Positions 36,289 to 45,557 of a stretch of 52,221 nucleotides of DNA are shown here, piece by piece. Both the position numbers and the translations under genes were made by a program. The notes beneath the pieces were generated by a model, which saw only the letters and a list, made by a program, of their open reading frames with translations, was not told where the DNA came from and did no database searches. Position 1 is the first letter of the stretch. Every line of letters begins with the position of its first letter. Origin of the DNA: a virus (taxonomy: Duplodnaviria > Caudoviricetes); the IMG/VR virus record IMGVR_UViG_3300027986_000317, positions 1 to 52,221 of that record, one strand, 5' to 3'.

Positions 36289-37857
36289 CTACCGCGTAGC
36301 GTTCCCTTGGGTTCGCATCTTCTGCGCCAGGGCCTGCTTCTTTTCCAGCAGCCACTCGACAGATGGGTTCGCGCCGTTGTTAGCGGTGCGATATTCGTTG
36401 ATCCATGCTGAGAGTTGTGCTTCTGGACTGGTAGGTGTTGCGGCTGCAGCCTGTGGAGCGCCACCAGCGCCTCGAGGCTCGGTACTGCTCCGCCCTTGCT
36501 GCTGCGCAAGCTTGGTGTCGGTGTCTTCCTGGGCGCGAATCACGGGTTGCTGAAAGTCCGCTATCGCGCGGCGGATGATATCCGGCGCTTGCGCGTGAAA
36601 GAACTTCAGGTTATGCGCTACTAACTTCTTCCGGGTTTCTTCTCCCGGCCCGGAGCTATATATGCGCATCCACTTTGCCCGATGAAACTGGTCCTTCTCG
36701 AGTGCTGTTGCAATCTCGTTGAAGATCCTGTCCATGCAGGCTTGAGCCACTCCCGGAGCAAACGCGGATTTTTCCACGGCCTTTTGGATCGTGGGCATCA
36801 TCGCGGTCTCCATGTCTTTCTCTACTGTCTCTTCAAACTGCTGTACTTCCTGCTGCCGCTGAGTCGCGGTCTTCTTATTGAGGTCCGCCTCTCGCGCGTC
36901 CAAGTCGGCCTTACGTCGCTTTTCCGCTTCTGACAGTTGCTCCTGCGCCGGGGCGCTTTCCGGCGATATACGCGCCTTGAGCGTGTTCAGAGCGTCAAGC
37001 GCATCGTCGTCACCGGCCTCCTTGAATTTCTTTTCCAGCATCCGCAGATTGGCATCGCGGATGTTCAGCACCAGACGGTCCACCAACTTTTCACCGTTAG
37101 GCAAAATCGGCTGCTGGGCTTCCATGTCTTCGAGGGCTTTTAAGAACCCGTAAGTTCCCTGCGGTGTCTGTGCCGCCGAGTAGAGATCATCAAATCGCAT
37201 GTAGTGAGTGGCATCGACCTTGGCAGCCTGCGCCAACTCAGCATCATTGCCAAACAGCGTCGCGATTTGACCGTACTCGCCGCGCTCCCTCACCAGTTTG
37301 TGCAGCAGGTTTTTGGTGGCATCATCGGCAACGGTGATCTTTTTATCCGTGAGAAGACCGTCAAGCCACTTGTTGTCATAGGTTCCGGCGTTTAGATCTA
37401 TCTCTGTGCCGGTGGTTTGCTGGGCGGCTTTAGCTGCCGCTTCCTTTTCCGCATCGGTCTGCTCAGTTCCCTGCTTGCCGGCCTGCTCTCGAGCCAGGCG
37501 CTGCTCTTCAGTTTCAGTGCCCTGACCCGCAGCGGCGACAGGCGGGGTTTTGTCCTCGACCGCAGTTTGCTCCTCACCGCGGGCCTGCGCTGCCTTGGAA
37601 AACGTTTTGTCTAAAACGTCCTCGAAAGTTGTTTGGTCAAACTCGCCTCCAGCTGCAAAGGAGGACTCACTCAACTCCCCAGGCTGCTGCACAGTGGTCT
37701 GCTGCGTGGTAGTGGCAGCGGTTCCAGTGCCGGTTCCAGTTCCAGCGGCAGCCCCGGCGCCCGCGCTACTTGAAGAAGATGACGTGGATGATGTTGTACT
37801 CGCGGCTGCTGGTGCTGCTGCGGCCGCTGGCGGCGTAGCGACTGCTGTATCGGGCAT
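36289..37857 (-). CDS. Capsid scaffolding protein (putative)
   Basis: AAGGAG RBS; low-complexity A/T/S N-terminus, acidic coiled coils; directly upstream of the capsid gene. Confidence 0.7.
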   Translation of the reverse strand: MPDTAVATPPAAAAAPAAASTTSSTSSSSSSAGAGAAAGTGTGTGTAATTTQQTTVQQPGELSESSFAAGGEFDQTTFEDVLDKTFSKAAQARGEEQTAVEDKTPPVAAAGQGTETEEQRLAREQAGKQGTEQTDAEKEAAAKAAQQTTGTEIDLNAGTYDNKWLDGLLTDKKITVADDATKNLLHKLVRERGEYGQIATLFGNDAELAQAAKVDATHYMRFDDLYSAAQTPQGTYGFLKALEDMEAQQPILPNGEKLVDRLVLNIRDANLRMLEKKFKEAGDDDALDALNTLKARISPESAPAQEQLSEAEKRRKADLDAREADLNKKTATQRQQEVQQFEETVEKDMETAMMPTIQKAVEKSAFAPGVAQACMDRIFNEIATALEKDQFHRAKWMRIYSSGPGEETRKKLVAHNLKFFHAQAPDIIRRAIADFQQPVIRAQEDTDTKLAQQQGRSSTEPRGAGGAPQAAAATPTSPEAQLSAWINEYRTANNGANPSVEWLLEKKQALAQKMRTQGNATR

Positions 37858-37868
37858 ATTCGCTCCTT

Positions 37869-37902
37869 AAAAGGCAAAAGGCGCGGAGTGTGTCCGCGCC
37901 TT
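37869..37902 (-). terminator. Intrinsic terminator-like hairpin
   Basis: AAGGCGCGGA/TCCGCGCCTT stem followed by TTGCCTTTT on the minus strand. Confidence 0.5.
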
Positions 37903-37927
37903 GCTGTCACTGCGATTTGTCGTGAAT

Positions 37928-38932
37928 CTACTGCTGTGCTGGTCCGTTCTCTCCCTGCGGCTGGTCCGGCGTTGGAGCTGGGGCGTTCTTCAGATCATGC
38001 TCCATCTGCGCCAGTACTCCCTTTGCAGCGCCCGGTGCAGCCGGCATCTCGGTCGAACTCGCCACCGGTTCGGCTTCGGCCTTGACCGGAGCCTCGGCCT
38101 CAGCTGCCCGCTTCTGGGCAAGTGCCTGCATTTCAGACTGGCGTTGCTTGTAAGCGGCAATTTCGTCCAAGTGCCTTTTCCGTTCGGCTGGATCCATGCT
38201 TCTGTCTGCACGGAAATGCTCAAGCGAGGAAGTATTGAACCACTTCTCGCAGCCCAGGCCCTGCAGGTACTTTTCAGCTGCTACCAAGTCGTCATCGAAC
38301 CCGCGCTGGTTGATCACAACCGCAGGCTGGCCAACCATCCGCACCTCTACCCCGGCATAAGTTTCAGGCTGGTATTCCTCGTAGATCACGCCGATGATCG
38401 GCAACTGCGTTTTGCAGTCACAGTCTTGCCCGCTGTTGAGGAACGCGCACCAAGCGTGATGATCGGCAACGGGAACCTGCTGCTCTAACGAGGGAAGGGC
38501 TGTTGCGCTTGGTTCCTTCGTCAGTTGTTTCTCCACTTCGGCCAGCAGATTGTTTAGCCGCTTGATCTCAAGCAGTGACTGCTCCAACTCGCTGCTTGCA
38601 CCGAGATAGAGCCCGCGCAAGACCACCATCTGCTCATCGCGAGTTCGCCACCGGCCGCCACGGATCGGCTCATTCTGTTTGGCCTGGTCCTCTGTGAAAG
38701 CGTGCGAGACATGCACCACGTCATGCCGGATGGCAAACATCTCTTCGTGGCTTCCCTTGCCTCCAAAGTGTTTCAGTTTGGGGTTGATGGTTACCACGGT
38801 CAATACCGGTTCGCCCTTGGCTCCCATGTGCGCGACCAAGTCCGTGCGGACATGCATCACCAATGCATCACAAGTGTTCTCACCCTCGACATAGGTGACT
38901 ACCTGCGTAAACAGTTCATCGAACATCGTCAC
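37928..38932 (-). CDS. Hypothetical protein between portal and scaffold
   Basis: GAGGAGGA upstream; coiled coil; HHAWC...CDC metal-binding-like motif. Confidence 0.7.
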   Translation of the reverse strand: MTMFDELFTQVVTYVEGENTCDALVMHVRTDLVAHMGAKGEPVLTVVTINPKLKHFGGKGSHEEMFAIRHDVVHVSHAFTEDQAKQNEPIRGGRWRTRDEQMVVLRGLYLGASSELEQSLLEIKRLNNLLAEVEKQLTKEPSATALPSLEQQVPVADHHAWCAFLNSGQDCDCKTQLPIIGVIYEEYQPETYAGVEVRMVGQPAVVINQRGFDDDLVAAEKYLQGLGCEKWFNTSSLEHFRADRSMDPAERKRHLDEIAAYKQRQSEMQALAQKRAAEAEAPVKAEAEPVASSTEMPAAPGAAKGVLAQMEHDLKNAPAPTPDQPQGENGPAQQ

Positions 38933-38954
38933 TCCTCCTCATTGAAAGAAAATG

Positions 38955-41423
38955 TTAGGCAGCAGATCCAGACTGCTGCGGTTTCCCTTGCGGCCCTTGC
39001 GGCCCTTGCGGTCCAGCAGCGCCCTGCACCATGGCCGCCTCCTGCGCCTGCATGGCCTTTTGCTTAACGCCCATAGCCACACACGCTTTCAAGTACGCTT
39101 TGAGGTTTTGCCAGTGCATGGGATCGGTGTCTGCCATCTCCCAGTGCTCCTGCATCCACTGGCGAGTCGTCTGCACGGCCACATCCAGATCGTCTTCGTA
39201 AATGTCCGGCTCGATCGAGGGTGTGATTACCTGGACTTGCCTGACTGGCGTTCCAGGAGGCGCGTCAGGTGGATTGGGAACCGCCTGCATTACAACGTTC
39301 GGCTCTTCCTGTTGAAGCCGGTCGATGATCTGCAAGACTTTCGCGCGCATCGCCCGGCCCGGCACCACAAGGCCTGGTACGCCGGTCCAGGTTGCAATCT
39401 GCTCCTGATTCGTGGGCTCCTCGAGCATCGCATTCGCGTAGGGATTCTTCCCTGATGATGCCCACTGAATGAGCTGCTCCCAAAACGCCTTGATCTCGTC
39501 GTGCGTCATTGGGAATCCCTGGTCAGTCTCAGGGTAGGCATGGATTGAGCCCTGCATCTGATCCAGACGCACATACTTGTTTCGCTGCTGCCGGCTGATG
39601 GGGTCTTCCACCACGTCGAACCAGTCATCGCTCATGTTGTCGGCAGCGCAATTCACGCCCAGCTCCGCGGCTTTCGCGCCTTCTTCCCGAACGTGATCCC
39701 AGAACAATCCAAGCTTGCCCATGGCCGTCGAGAGCTGCTGCTCTTGCCCGCCCTTGGTCTCCACATGCGGGTCGCCGGCGCCACCGAAAATCTGCGGCGG
39801 AGTGCCCACCAGGAGTTGCGCCCAGAACACGAGCTTGTCGGTGTAGCTGTACATGTTCGCGTCAAGCTCAGCGCGAATCTGCACTAACTGATCTCGAAGC
39901 GGGATATTCGCGCTGGCCCGCTTCATCACCAGGCCGTTTAAGACTCCAGGCATCAGCGGTTTGCCATTCATTGCCGCGCCGTCGAATGCCGATTGGTTGT
40001 AGAAGATCATCCCGGCGCCCACGCGATCCATGTGCTCGTGAGTGATGTTGCAGGTATCGTTGATCCTCTCCTGAACCGGAATCGCGGCATCACCCACGGC
40101 TGGTGGAAACAATCCAAACTTTCCCTTAACTGTGCCTGCCCAGGTCCACTCCTTCAGCAACTCCGCCTTGCGCGCCTGCAGGAAGGTTTCACCAACGTTG
40201 CAGAGTAGGCAGCCCTTGGGAAACTTCTCTTTGAACTTGTCAGCGTCCTCTTTTTTGTCCAGACCATTGAAGGCCCACGGCTGGATCCACGTGCGCGAAT
40301 AGGTTGGCTCCTCTTCCATCTCGAACTGGCCGCGTGATCCGCTTTCCGAATACAGCATGTTGCGGCCAAGCTTTTCTTCCTGATTCTCGGGCGAGACACC
40401 GCCGCCTGTTGCCCCGCGTAGGGCATCCCATTTCTTCGGATACATCTCCCGCAGCGCGGCCACGTTGACTTCCATATCGAGGCTCAGGATCGGCGTCTGT
40501 GCGAGGCTCTGCGCCTTTGGGTTGGCGTCCACGTGTAACGGCCCATAGATGTCCTCCATTACCATTCCGTTGGGAACATCTTTGTACTGGGTCGCCACCG
40601 GCATTGTGGCCCGCTCTTCTGGGTAATAATCCTTGCCACCCAGGGGACCGCCGCACTTACACGTGTCTACCTGACCATCGGGAGACGGAATGAACTGGCT
40701 CTTGTGCTTCGCGCTCTTAACTGGCGTAGCCGTGCCGCAAGCCGCGCATACGTAGCGTGCCGGCATGATGATCTGGCTGCTGATGCTGAGCACTGGCTTT
40801 TTGCTCGTGCCCGCCTTGTATTCATCCAGAACGTAGCGCGTGTGCCGGAAGTAACATCCGCTCATCCACAATTCAAACAACAGTTGACGCAAGAGGCTCT
40901 TAATTTCGTTCTTGCGCTCGATGATCTCCTGAACGGTGCTGGCTGCTTTCGCGGTAGCGATGTCTTTTTCTCTCTCGGCGTTATCCGGGAGGAACCGCGA
41001 TTTTGGCGTCTGCTGGCTGAGCGCTGCTACGAACGCGAAAGCCAGCATCTGATAGAAGTTCGTAGCGAATTGGTACATCTGCAAATCTTCGCTACTCGAA
41101 TCCTCCATATTTCCAAAGGCCGCTTCTAAGGCGTCAAACCACTGGAAGCTGTCCGGGTCGAAGCTGATGAACTGATTGCCTTTGAAGAACTCGTGCGCCT
41201 TTAGGACCCTCTTCAGGATCATTCTCCGGCGCAGATACCAGCTCTGCCGGTATTTGCGAACCAACTGGATGAGCTGTTGCTGTTCTTCCTCTGTGAGCTC
41301 TACGACGTCGGGGTCCTTGGCGTTGAACGGATCATACCTGTTGGTTTCCTGCCCATGCTGCTGATCGTAAGAGGCAGGCATAGTCTTGAGAGACCATGCC
41401 ATAACCGGGTTTGGTGACGTCAC
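38955..41423 (-). CDS. Portal protein (P22-like, putative)
   Basis: 822 aa; EFFKGNQF start, PVQERIND helix, Q-rich C-terminus; upstream of scaffold and capsid. Confidence 0.8.
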   Translation of the reverse strand: MTSPNPVMAWSLKTMPASYDQQHGQETNRYDPFNAKDPDVVELTEEEQQQLIQLVRKYRQSWYLRRRMILKRVLKAHEFFKGNQFISFDPDSFQWFDALEAAFGNMEDSSSEDLQMYQFATNFYQMLAFAFVAALSQQTPKSRFLPDNAEREKDIATAKAASTVQEIIERKNEIKSLLRQLLFELWMSGCYFRHTRYVLDEYKAGTSKKPVLSISSQIIMPARYVCAACGTATPVKSAKHKSQFIPSPDGQVDTCKCGGPLGGKDYYPEERATMPVATQYKDVPNGMVMEDIYGPLHVDANPKAQSLAQTPILSLDMEVNVAALREMYPKKWDALRGATGGGVSPENQEEKLGRNMLYSESGSRGQFEMEEEPTYSRTWIQPWAFNGLDKKEDADKFKEKFPKGCLLCNVGETFLQARKAELLKEWTWAGTVKGKFGLFPPAVGDAAIPVQERINDTCNITHEHMDRVGAGMIFYNQSAFDGAAMNGKPLMPGVLNGLVMKRASANIPLRDQLVQIRAELDANMYSYTDKLVFWAQLLVGTPPQIFGGAGDPHVETKGGQEQQLSTAMGKLGLFWDHVREEGAKAAELGVNCAADNMSDDWFDVVEDPISRQQRNKYVRLDQMQGSIHAYPETDQGFPMTHDEIKAFWEQLIQWASSGKNPYANAMLEEPTNQEQIATWTGVPGLVVPGRAMRAKVLQIIDRLQQEEPNVVMQAVPNPPDAPPGTPVRQVQVITPSIEPDIYEDDLDVAVQTTRQWMQEHWEMADTDPMHWQNLKAYLKACVAMGVKQKAMQAQEAAMVQGAAGPQGPQGPQGKPQQSGSAA

Positions 41424-42028
41424 TAGTTAGCGGTCCTCACTGGTGCATCCGCGAGAGCGTCCGGGACTTCCGCCGCAGCGGCATCACCCCTGACGACCTG
41501 CTCAAGTTCATCGTGAATTTGCGTTTTGCGGATAAGGCGCTGAGACTCTGTGTGTCTCCGCATTGCTTTCACGCTTTGCTGCTGCATTACCCGGGACGGC
41601 AACATCCTGCCGATCTGGCGTGCAGTTGCCATTACCTGGGGACCGGGCGCCGTGTCCTCTCCTTCCGGAGGTTCCACGCGATGAACGGGACTGCCAAAGC
41701 CGTGCTCCGCCAGGTAGTCGATGTAGCGACGTTCGTCGGTGCGCGCATCGTTGAGCATTTGGCGTAGGTCTTCGATCTGGGCTTCTAGGAGCCCGGTGAT
41801 CATTCCATTGAGGACTTTGATCCTCTCCAGCGTTTCTCTGTGGCGATCCCGCAGGTCCTGGACTCGCTGCTGTTCGGCTGCTACTTGCGTGCGTAAGCTG
41901 CTCTGAGCCTGCTCGGCCAGATCGCGCTGGATATTCATCTGGTCGATCAGAGCGCAGCACTCACGCTCCTTGTCTGCAATGAGCCGATCCGCCCTTTTTC
42001 TTGATACCCACGGTAGCGCGAGTCTCAT
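41423..42028 (-). CDS. Coiled-coil hypothetical protein
   Basis: ATGA overlap with the upstream gene at MRLALPWVSRK; long heptad repeats. Confidence 0.65.
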   Translation of the reverse strand: MRLALPWVSRKRADRLIADKERECCALIDQMNIQRDLAEQAQSSLRTQVAAEQQRVQDLRDRHRETLERIKVLNGMITGLLEAQIEDLRQMLNDARTDERRYIDYLAEHGFGSPVHRVEPPEGEDTAPGPQVMATARQIGRMLPSRVMQQQSVKAMRRHTESQRLIRKTQIHDELEQVVRGDAAAAEVPDALADAPVRTAN

Positions 42029-42360
42029 TGTTGCTGTCCCTTCAGCGTGCTCAACATGCGGCGTCCAAAGCCGGTGCTCTGCGCCGGCTGTCCGCTTTGT
42101 CCAACGGGCTGCGAGCGCATCCCTGCTTTCGAGCCACCTTGTTGCTGATCCTTCTTTGAGAGGAATTCGTTGCAGCAAATGTCATCAGGAGCGTCGGATA
42201 CATCTACGCCGCCTTGCTGCTTTCGTTCCTGCTCTACTTCTGGATCCGCTAGGACTTCAGGTTCCATGCATAGCGAACCCTGCATCTTCTGGCAGTTGCT
42301 GCACGCATAGGGACCGAGGTCCACGCAGAAGCCGGTAGCTTTTGTTCCAGAGCTTGCCAT
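42025..42360 (-). CDS. Small Cys-rich hypothetical protein
   Basis: CSNC...C...CC metal-binding pattern. Confidence 0.65.
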   Translation of the reverse strand: MASSGTKATGFCVDLGPYACSNCQKMQGSLCMEPEVLADPEVEQERKQQGGVDVSDAPDDICCNEFLSKKDQQQGGSKAGMRSQPVGQSGQPAQSTGFGRRMLSTLKGQQQ

Positions 42361-42370
42361 TAAATTCTTT

Positions 42371-43300
42371 CTATTGCTGAACGCCAGTCACGTCGACGGC
42401 AATGGTTGGGGTTGATCCAACCGTCGTTGTGGCGCACAGTCCGTTTCCAGATCCAACGGCAAAGTATGTTTGTCCACCGAATCCAAGTTTTAAATTTAGA
42501 GAAGTCGTTACGGTAGTACTGGCAGCGTTGCTGTAAGTTGCGGTGCAGGTTCCAGCGTTGCATCCGGCAGGTGTGGCGCATGCTGTGCCTGTGCCACTTA
42601 CAAACTTTATGGTGTCCCCGGTCGTCGTGCTATCGAGCTGAACGTCGATTCCGCACACATAGAAGTTAAGGGCGCCAGACGGAGTAACTAGAGCCGTTGT
42701 CGTGGCGGTGGTTATGTTTGCAAAGAAGTGGCTCTTGAGAACCTGAGCGTTTTGGCACGGGTCGGTTGTTCCAGCGATGTTTGTTTCTTGGGTGATCCAT
42801 GGCGCTGGAGACTGATAGACGGTTGTGAGACTCGGGGAACCTCCAGATTGGCAGGCTGAGGAAATTGTGACCGATCCTGTCCCTGTTATAACCGTCGATA
42901 ACCGGATGCGAAAGAAGCTGTAGCCGGTCACGTCTGACTGGATCAATCTGTTCGTACTGGCCTGAAACGTGACAATGTTATTCGGGACAGTGGCTCCCGC
43001 TATCGCATCGATTGCCCCGATCGTAAACCAGTTCACGCCGTCAATAGTGGTCTCCCAGGACGCGGCTCCTCCGGTTATTGTGGTTGTCTGGACCAGTGAC
43101 ACGCTGCATGACCCAAACGAGAAACTATTGTTGATAACAAGGGCCACCGCGTTCAGAGGCGTGGATGATGTCCACACAGCCAGCGGAGAAAGCTGCAAGC
43201 CGGCAGATGGCGCGCCAGCGGCAATGCGGCCGCCTGCACCCTGACCGAATGAAGAACCGACCAGGAGAATTAGGCATGCAAGATAGTGATGTAGTTTCAT
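42371..43300 (-). CDS. Signal-peptide-bearing beta-rich putative virion/surface protein
   Basis: GAGGGAG RBS; MKLHHYLACLILLVGSSFG signal; T/S/G-rich with 8 Cys in the mature part. Confidence 0.7.
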   Translation of the reverse strand: MKLHHYLACLILLVGSSFGQGAGGRIAAGAPSAGLQLSPLAVWTSSTPLNAVALVINNSFSFGSCSVSLVQTTTITGGAASWETTIDGVNWFTIGAIDAIAGATVPNNIVTFQASTNRLIQSDVTGYSFFRIRLSTVITGTGSVTISSACQSGGSPSLTTVYQSPAPWITQETNIAGTTDPCQNAQVLKSHFFANITTATTTALVTPSGALNFYVCGIDVQLDSTTTGDTIKFVSGTGTACATPAGCNAGTCTATYSNAASTTVTTSLNLKLGFGGQTYFAVGSGNGLCATTTVGSTPTIAVDVTGVQQ

Positions 43301-43650
43301 TCCCGCTCCCTCACACGGATCTTCGTTGTGACTTGGGTAGATGAGGTGGCCTTCAGCAGTGTGTCCGCAGCTCGGAAATTGAAAGCCCCTGAACTGCTCT
43401 GCTGGCCAGCTCCTAAAAGTGGGCTGTGTCCACGGCCTCTTGCAACGTCGTTTGCTAGCACCAGCGGCTCCGTTGCTGGGCCGACTTGGTAGGTTCCGGC
43501 AAAGCCGTCCTCTGGACTTTGGTAAATTAGCCCTTGGGGTGCTACGGACTCGTCTTCCATGAAATCGGCGTAGCGGGCCGGTATGGTCGAGAGTACGGCC
43601 ACCTGCGCGCCGCCTGCTGCGTTCAAAGCAATCAATCGTTCGGCTGGCAT
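43297..43650 (-). CDS. Hypothetical beta-rich protein
   Basis: GGAGG RBS; ATGA overlap with the downstream gene. Confidence 0.65.
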   Translation of the reverse strand: MPAERLIALNAAGGAQVAVLSTIPARYADFMEDESVAPQGLIYQSPEDGFAGTYQVGPATEPLVLANDVARGRGHSPLLGAGQQSSSGAFNFRAADTLLKATSSTQVTTKIRVRERE

Positions 43651-44013
43651 TTAGCCTCCACCCTGAAGAAACTGGTTTAGGTCCTGGGCGCTGATGCAAA
43701 GTACTTCGCTGCCGTGCCAATTGGGGTCCGGATGCGTGACCGGATAAACCCGCTTCTCTCCCTGGTGATCTACATGACCAACCGAGTACAGCGCCTTTAC
43801 CGTCTTAAGGAGGGCGTCAAAGCGTTGCGGCCCAAGCTCCACGCGCAACTCTTCTGAGTCGTACATGTTGTGGAAGGCTCCCAAGCGGTGACGGGCCGGA
43901 TGAAGCGTCAATGTCGTGCATGCTGGAAACGCCTGGTGGTGCAGCGCCAGCTGCTCATCCTTGCAGGCCTGGCAGGTTCCGTTTGTGCAGTTGCCGTGGC
44001 TAGTCGCGACCAT
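43651..44013 (-). CDS. Hypothetical protein with Cys/His metal-binding-like N-terminus
   Basis: HGNC...CQAC; GGAGG RBS. Confidence 0.65.
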   Translation of the reverse strand: MVATSHGNCTNGTCQACKDEQLALHHQAFPACTTLTLHPARHRLGAFHNMYDSEELRVELGPQRFDALLKTVKALYSVGHVDHQGEKRVYPVTHPDPNWHGSEVLCISAQDLNQFLQGGG

Positions 44014-44209
44014 GCATGGCCTCCATCATTCGTCGGCTGAGGGTCTTTTTCTTCGCGGGCTGGTACTCTTCGTTGCCCCGCCCGGCCGCACGCTTTTCAC
44101 TCTCCTCAATGGCCACCGCCTGCTGAGGATTAGTGACAACAGGTCCCGTCTTTGAGCCAGAGTGCAAGCGGCGTTGCTTGAACTTCTTCATTACTTCGTC
44201 GTAAGGCAT
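44000..44209 (-). CDS. Small basic phage protein (DUF6496-like)
   Basis: VMKKFKQRRLHSGSKTGPVVTNPQQAVAI motif; GGAGGA RBS. Confidence 0.75.
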   Translation of the reverse strand: MPYDEVMKKFKQRRLHSGSKTGPVVTNPQQAVAIEESEKRAAGRGNEEYQPAKKKTLSRRMMEAMHGRD

Positions 44210-44265
44210 CCGTCCTCCATTGACCCGCTCCCGCTGCAATGCCTGGGATCCAGCAGCGGTAAGCA

Positions 44266-44790
44266 CTATTTCTCTCCGAAGGGCAGCGTTAGAGCGTAAG
44301 CTGAAGCCTCAGCGATTGGCCTGATGTCGCGCTTCCAGATTCCGTAGCGCTTGATCTCGTCCACAAACCCTTCCCAATCGTGCGGCACGCTAACCGGGAT
44401 AAGTACGCCATCTTTTTCTTCCAGGCTCGCGTGCTTAAGTTCGTGGAAGACGAGCGCTTCCATCTGCCAATAGGTAAGCTTGCAGTCGCGGACATTGTTG
44501 GCCGAGAACCACACGATGAAGTCGCAGTTGCTAAAGTAGCGGAGCAGCCCGCTTGGGCGCTGGCACTTACCCAGATGCAGCTTCGGCTGAGTCGCTCCCC
44601 TGCGCTTCCACAGATAGCGGATGGCCGCACGCTGCAGGGACTGAAAGCATTCCTGGCTTTCAATCAGCGCTTCGCCAATCTTCGCCGCCTTTTCAGCCAG
44701 CACCCAATCACCTTCCGTGTCGAATACTTCCGTACCAGGGACTGGGAATTCTGCTCGCGGATCTCCGCCAAGAATCAGGTTCATGTGCAT
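44266..44790 (-). CDS. Putative phage metallopeptidase
   Basis: EALVFHELKH (HExxH) plus downstream HDWEGF...RYG. Confidence 0.8.
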   Translation of the reverse strand: MHMNLILGGDPRAEFPVPGTEVFDTEGDWVLAEKAAKIGEALIESQECFQSLQRAAIRYLWKRRGATQPKLHLGKCQRPSGLLRYFSNCDFIVWFSANNVRDCKLTYWQMEALVFHELKHASLEEKDGVLIPVSVPHDWEGFVDEIKRYGIWKRDIRPIAEASAYALTLPFGEK

Positions 44791-44798
44791 TGCGTGCC

Positions 44799-44990
44799 TT
44801 ACTTCGCCGTCTGGTGTTTGACGACAGCTTTTGCAGTTGCCTTGGGATGGGCGACGGCATGAGCGACAGGTTTGGAAGTGTGGTGGTGGATGGCAACGAT
44901 GACGGCCTTGCCTTTGTGGATGACTTTATTCACTCCCACGTAGGCCATTCCTGCCAGCAGGACCGGGACAAGTATGATCGGTGGCGGCAT
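44799..44990 (-). CDS. Small N-terminally anchored basic peptide
   Basis: AAGGAG RBS; one hydrophobic helix then a K/H-rich tail. Confidence 0.55.
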   Translation of the reverse strand: MPPPIILVPVLLAGMAYVGVNKVIHKGKAVIVAIHHHTSKPVAHAVAHPKATAKAVVKHQTAK

Positions 44991-45021
44991 TTGCTCTATC
45001 TCCTTGAAGCGAAGTACCCAA

Positions 45022-45056
45022 TAAAATAAAAGCGGGCAGGTAAGGTTCCTGCCCGC
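45022..45056 (-). terminator. Intrinsic terminator
   Basis: GCGGGCAGG/CCTGCCCGC stem followed by TTTTATTTT on the minus strand. Confidence 0.75.
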
Positions 45057-45100
45057 CGCCGTAGCCCTCGGGTCAGAGGCATGGCAACAAACGTCGATGG

Positions 45101-45370
45101 CTAAGCGCCGGGATCAATCGGGCGACTATTGTTGTAGAACGCAAACTTGGCCGCGTTTGGGCTCTGACGTAACCAGAGTCTCACGGCGGTCACAGCCCCA
45201 CCAAGCGCCAATACCGCGTATGTCTTGAGGCATGCGCGTGACAGGCACAGGGGAGCGACTCCGGTGAATACTCCGCTGAGCGCGCCAATGGCCCCGCCCT
45301 CAGCTACTACCAATGCACTCTGTACTGACTTCGGCAATTCCGCCCAGAGGTTAGCGAAGAAGTTTTTCAT
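45101..45370 (-). CDS. Two-TM holin-like protein
   Basis: 89 aa, two hydrophobic helices, C-terminal LRQSP; AGGAAGGA RBS. Confidence 0.55.
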   Translation of the reverse strand: MKNFFANLWAELPKSVQSALVVAEGGAIGALSGVFTGVAPLCLSRACLKTYAVLALGGAVTAVRLWLRQSPNAAKFAFYNNSRPIDPGA

Positions 45371-45557
45371 GCTCTGTTTCCTTCCTGATGGTTCGCGGCC
45401 TGTTGCGCCAGGCGTCGTTAAGAAAACGCTCGAACCATTGTTCCCGTTGCAGTTCCGTCCAGGTATCAAAGAAGCCTTCAGGGAATCCCACTCGCCCGCG
45501 GGCCGCTTTGATTTGATCTGCCGTCTTAGCTGGACGCACGAAGCGCTGTGCAGCCAT
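45351..45557 (-). CDS. Small hypothetical protein
   Basis: TAATG coupling to the upstream gene. Confidence 0.55.
   Translation of the reverse strand: MAAQRFVRPAKTADQIKAARGRVGFPEGFFDTWTELQREQWFERFLNDAWRNRPRTIRKETEHEKLLR

Noticed and set aside
38985-39014. Collagen-like GPQ repeat at the portal C-terminus
   Set aside because: Only three triplets; treated as a low-complexity tail.
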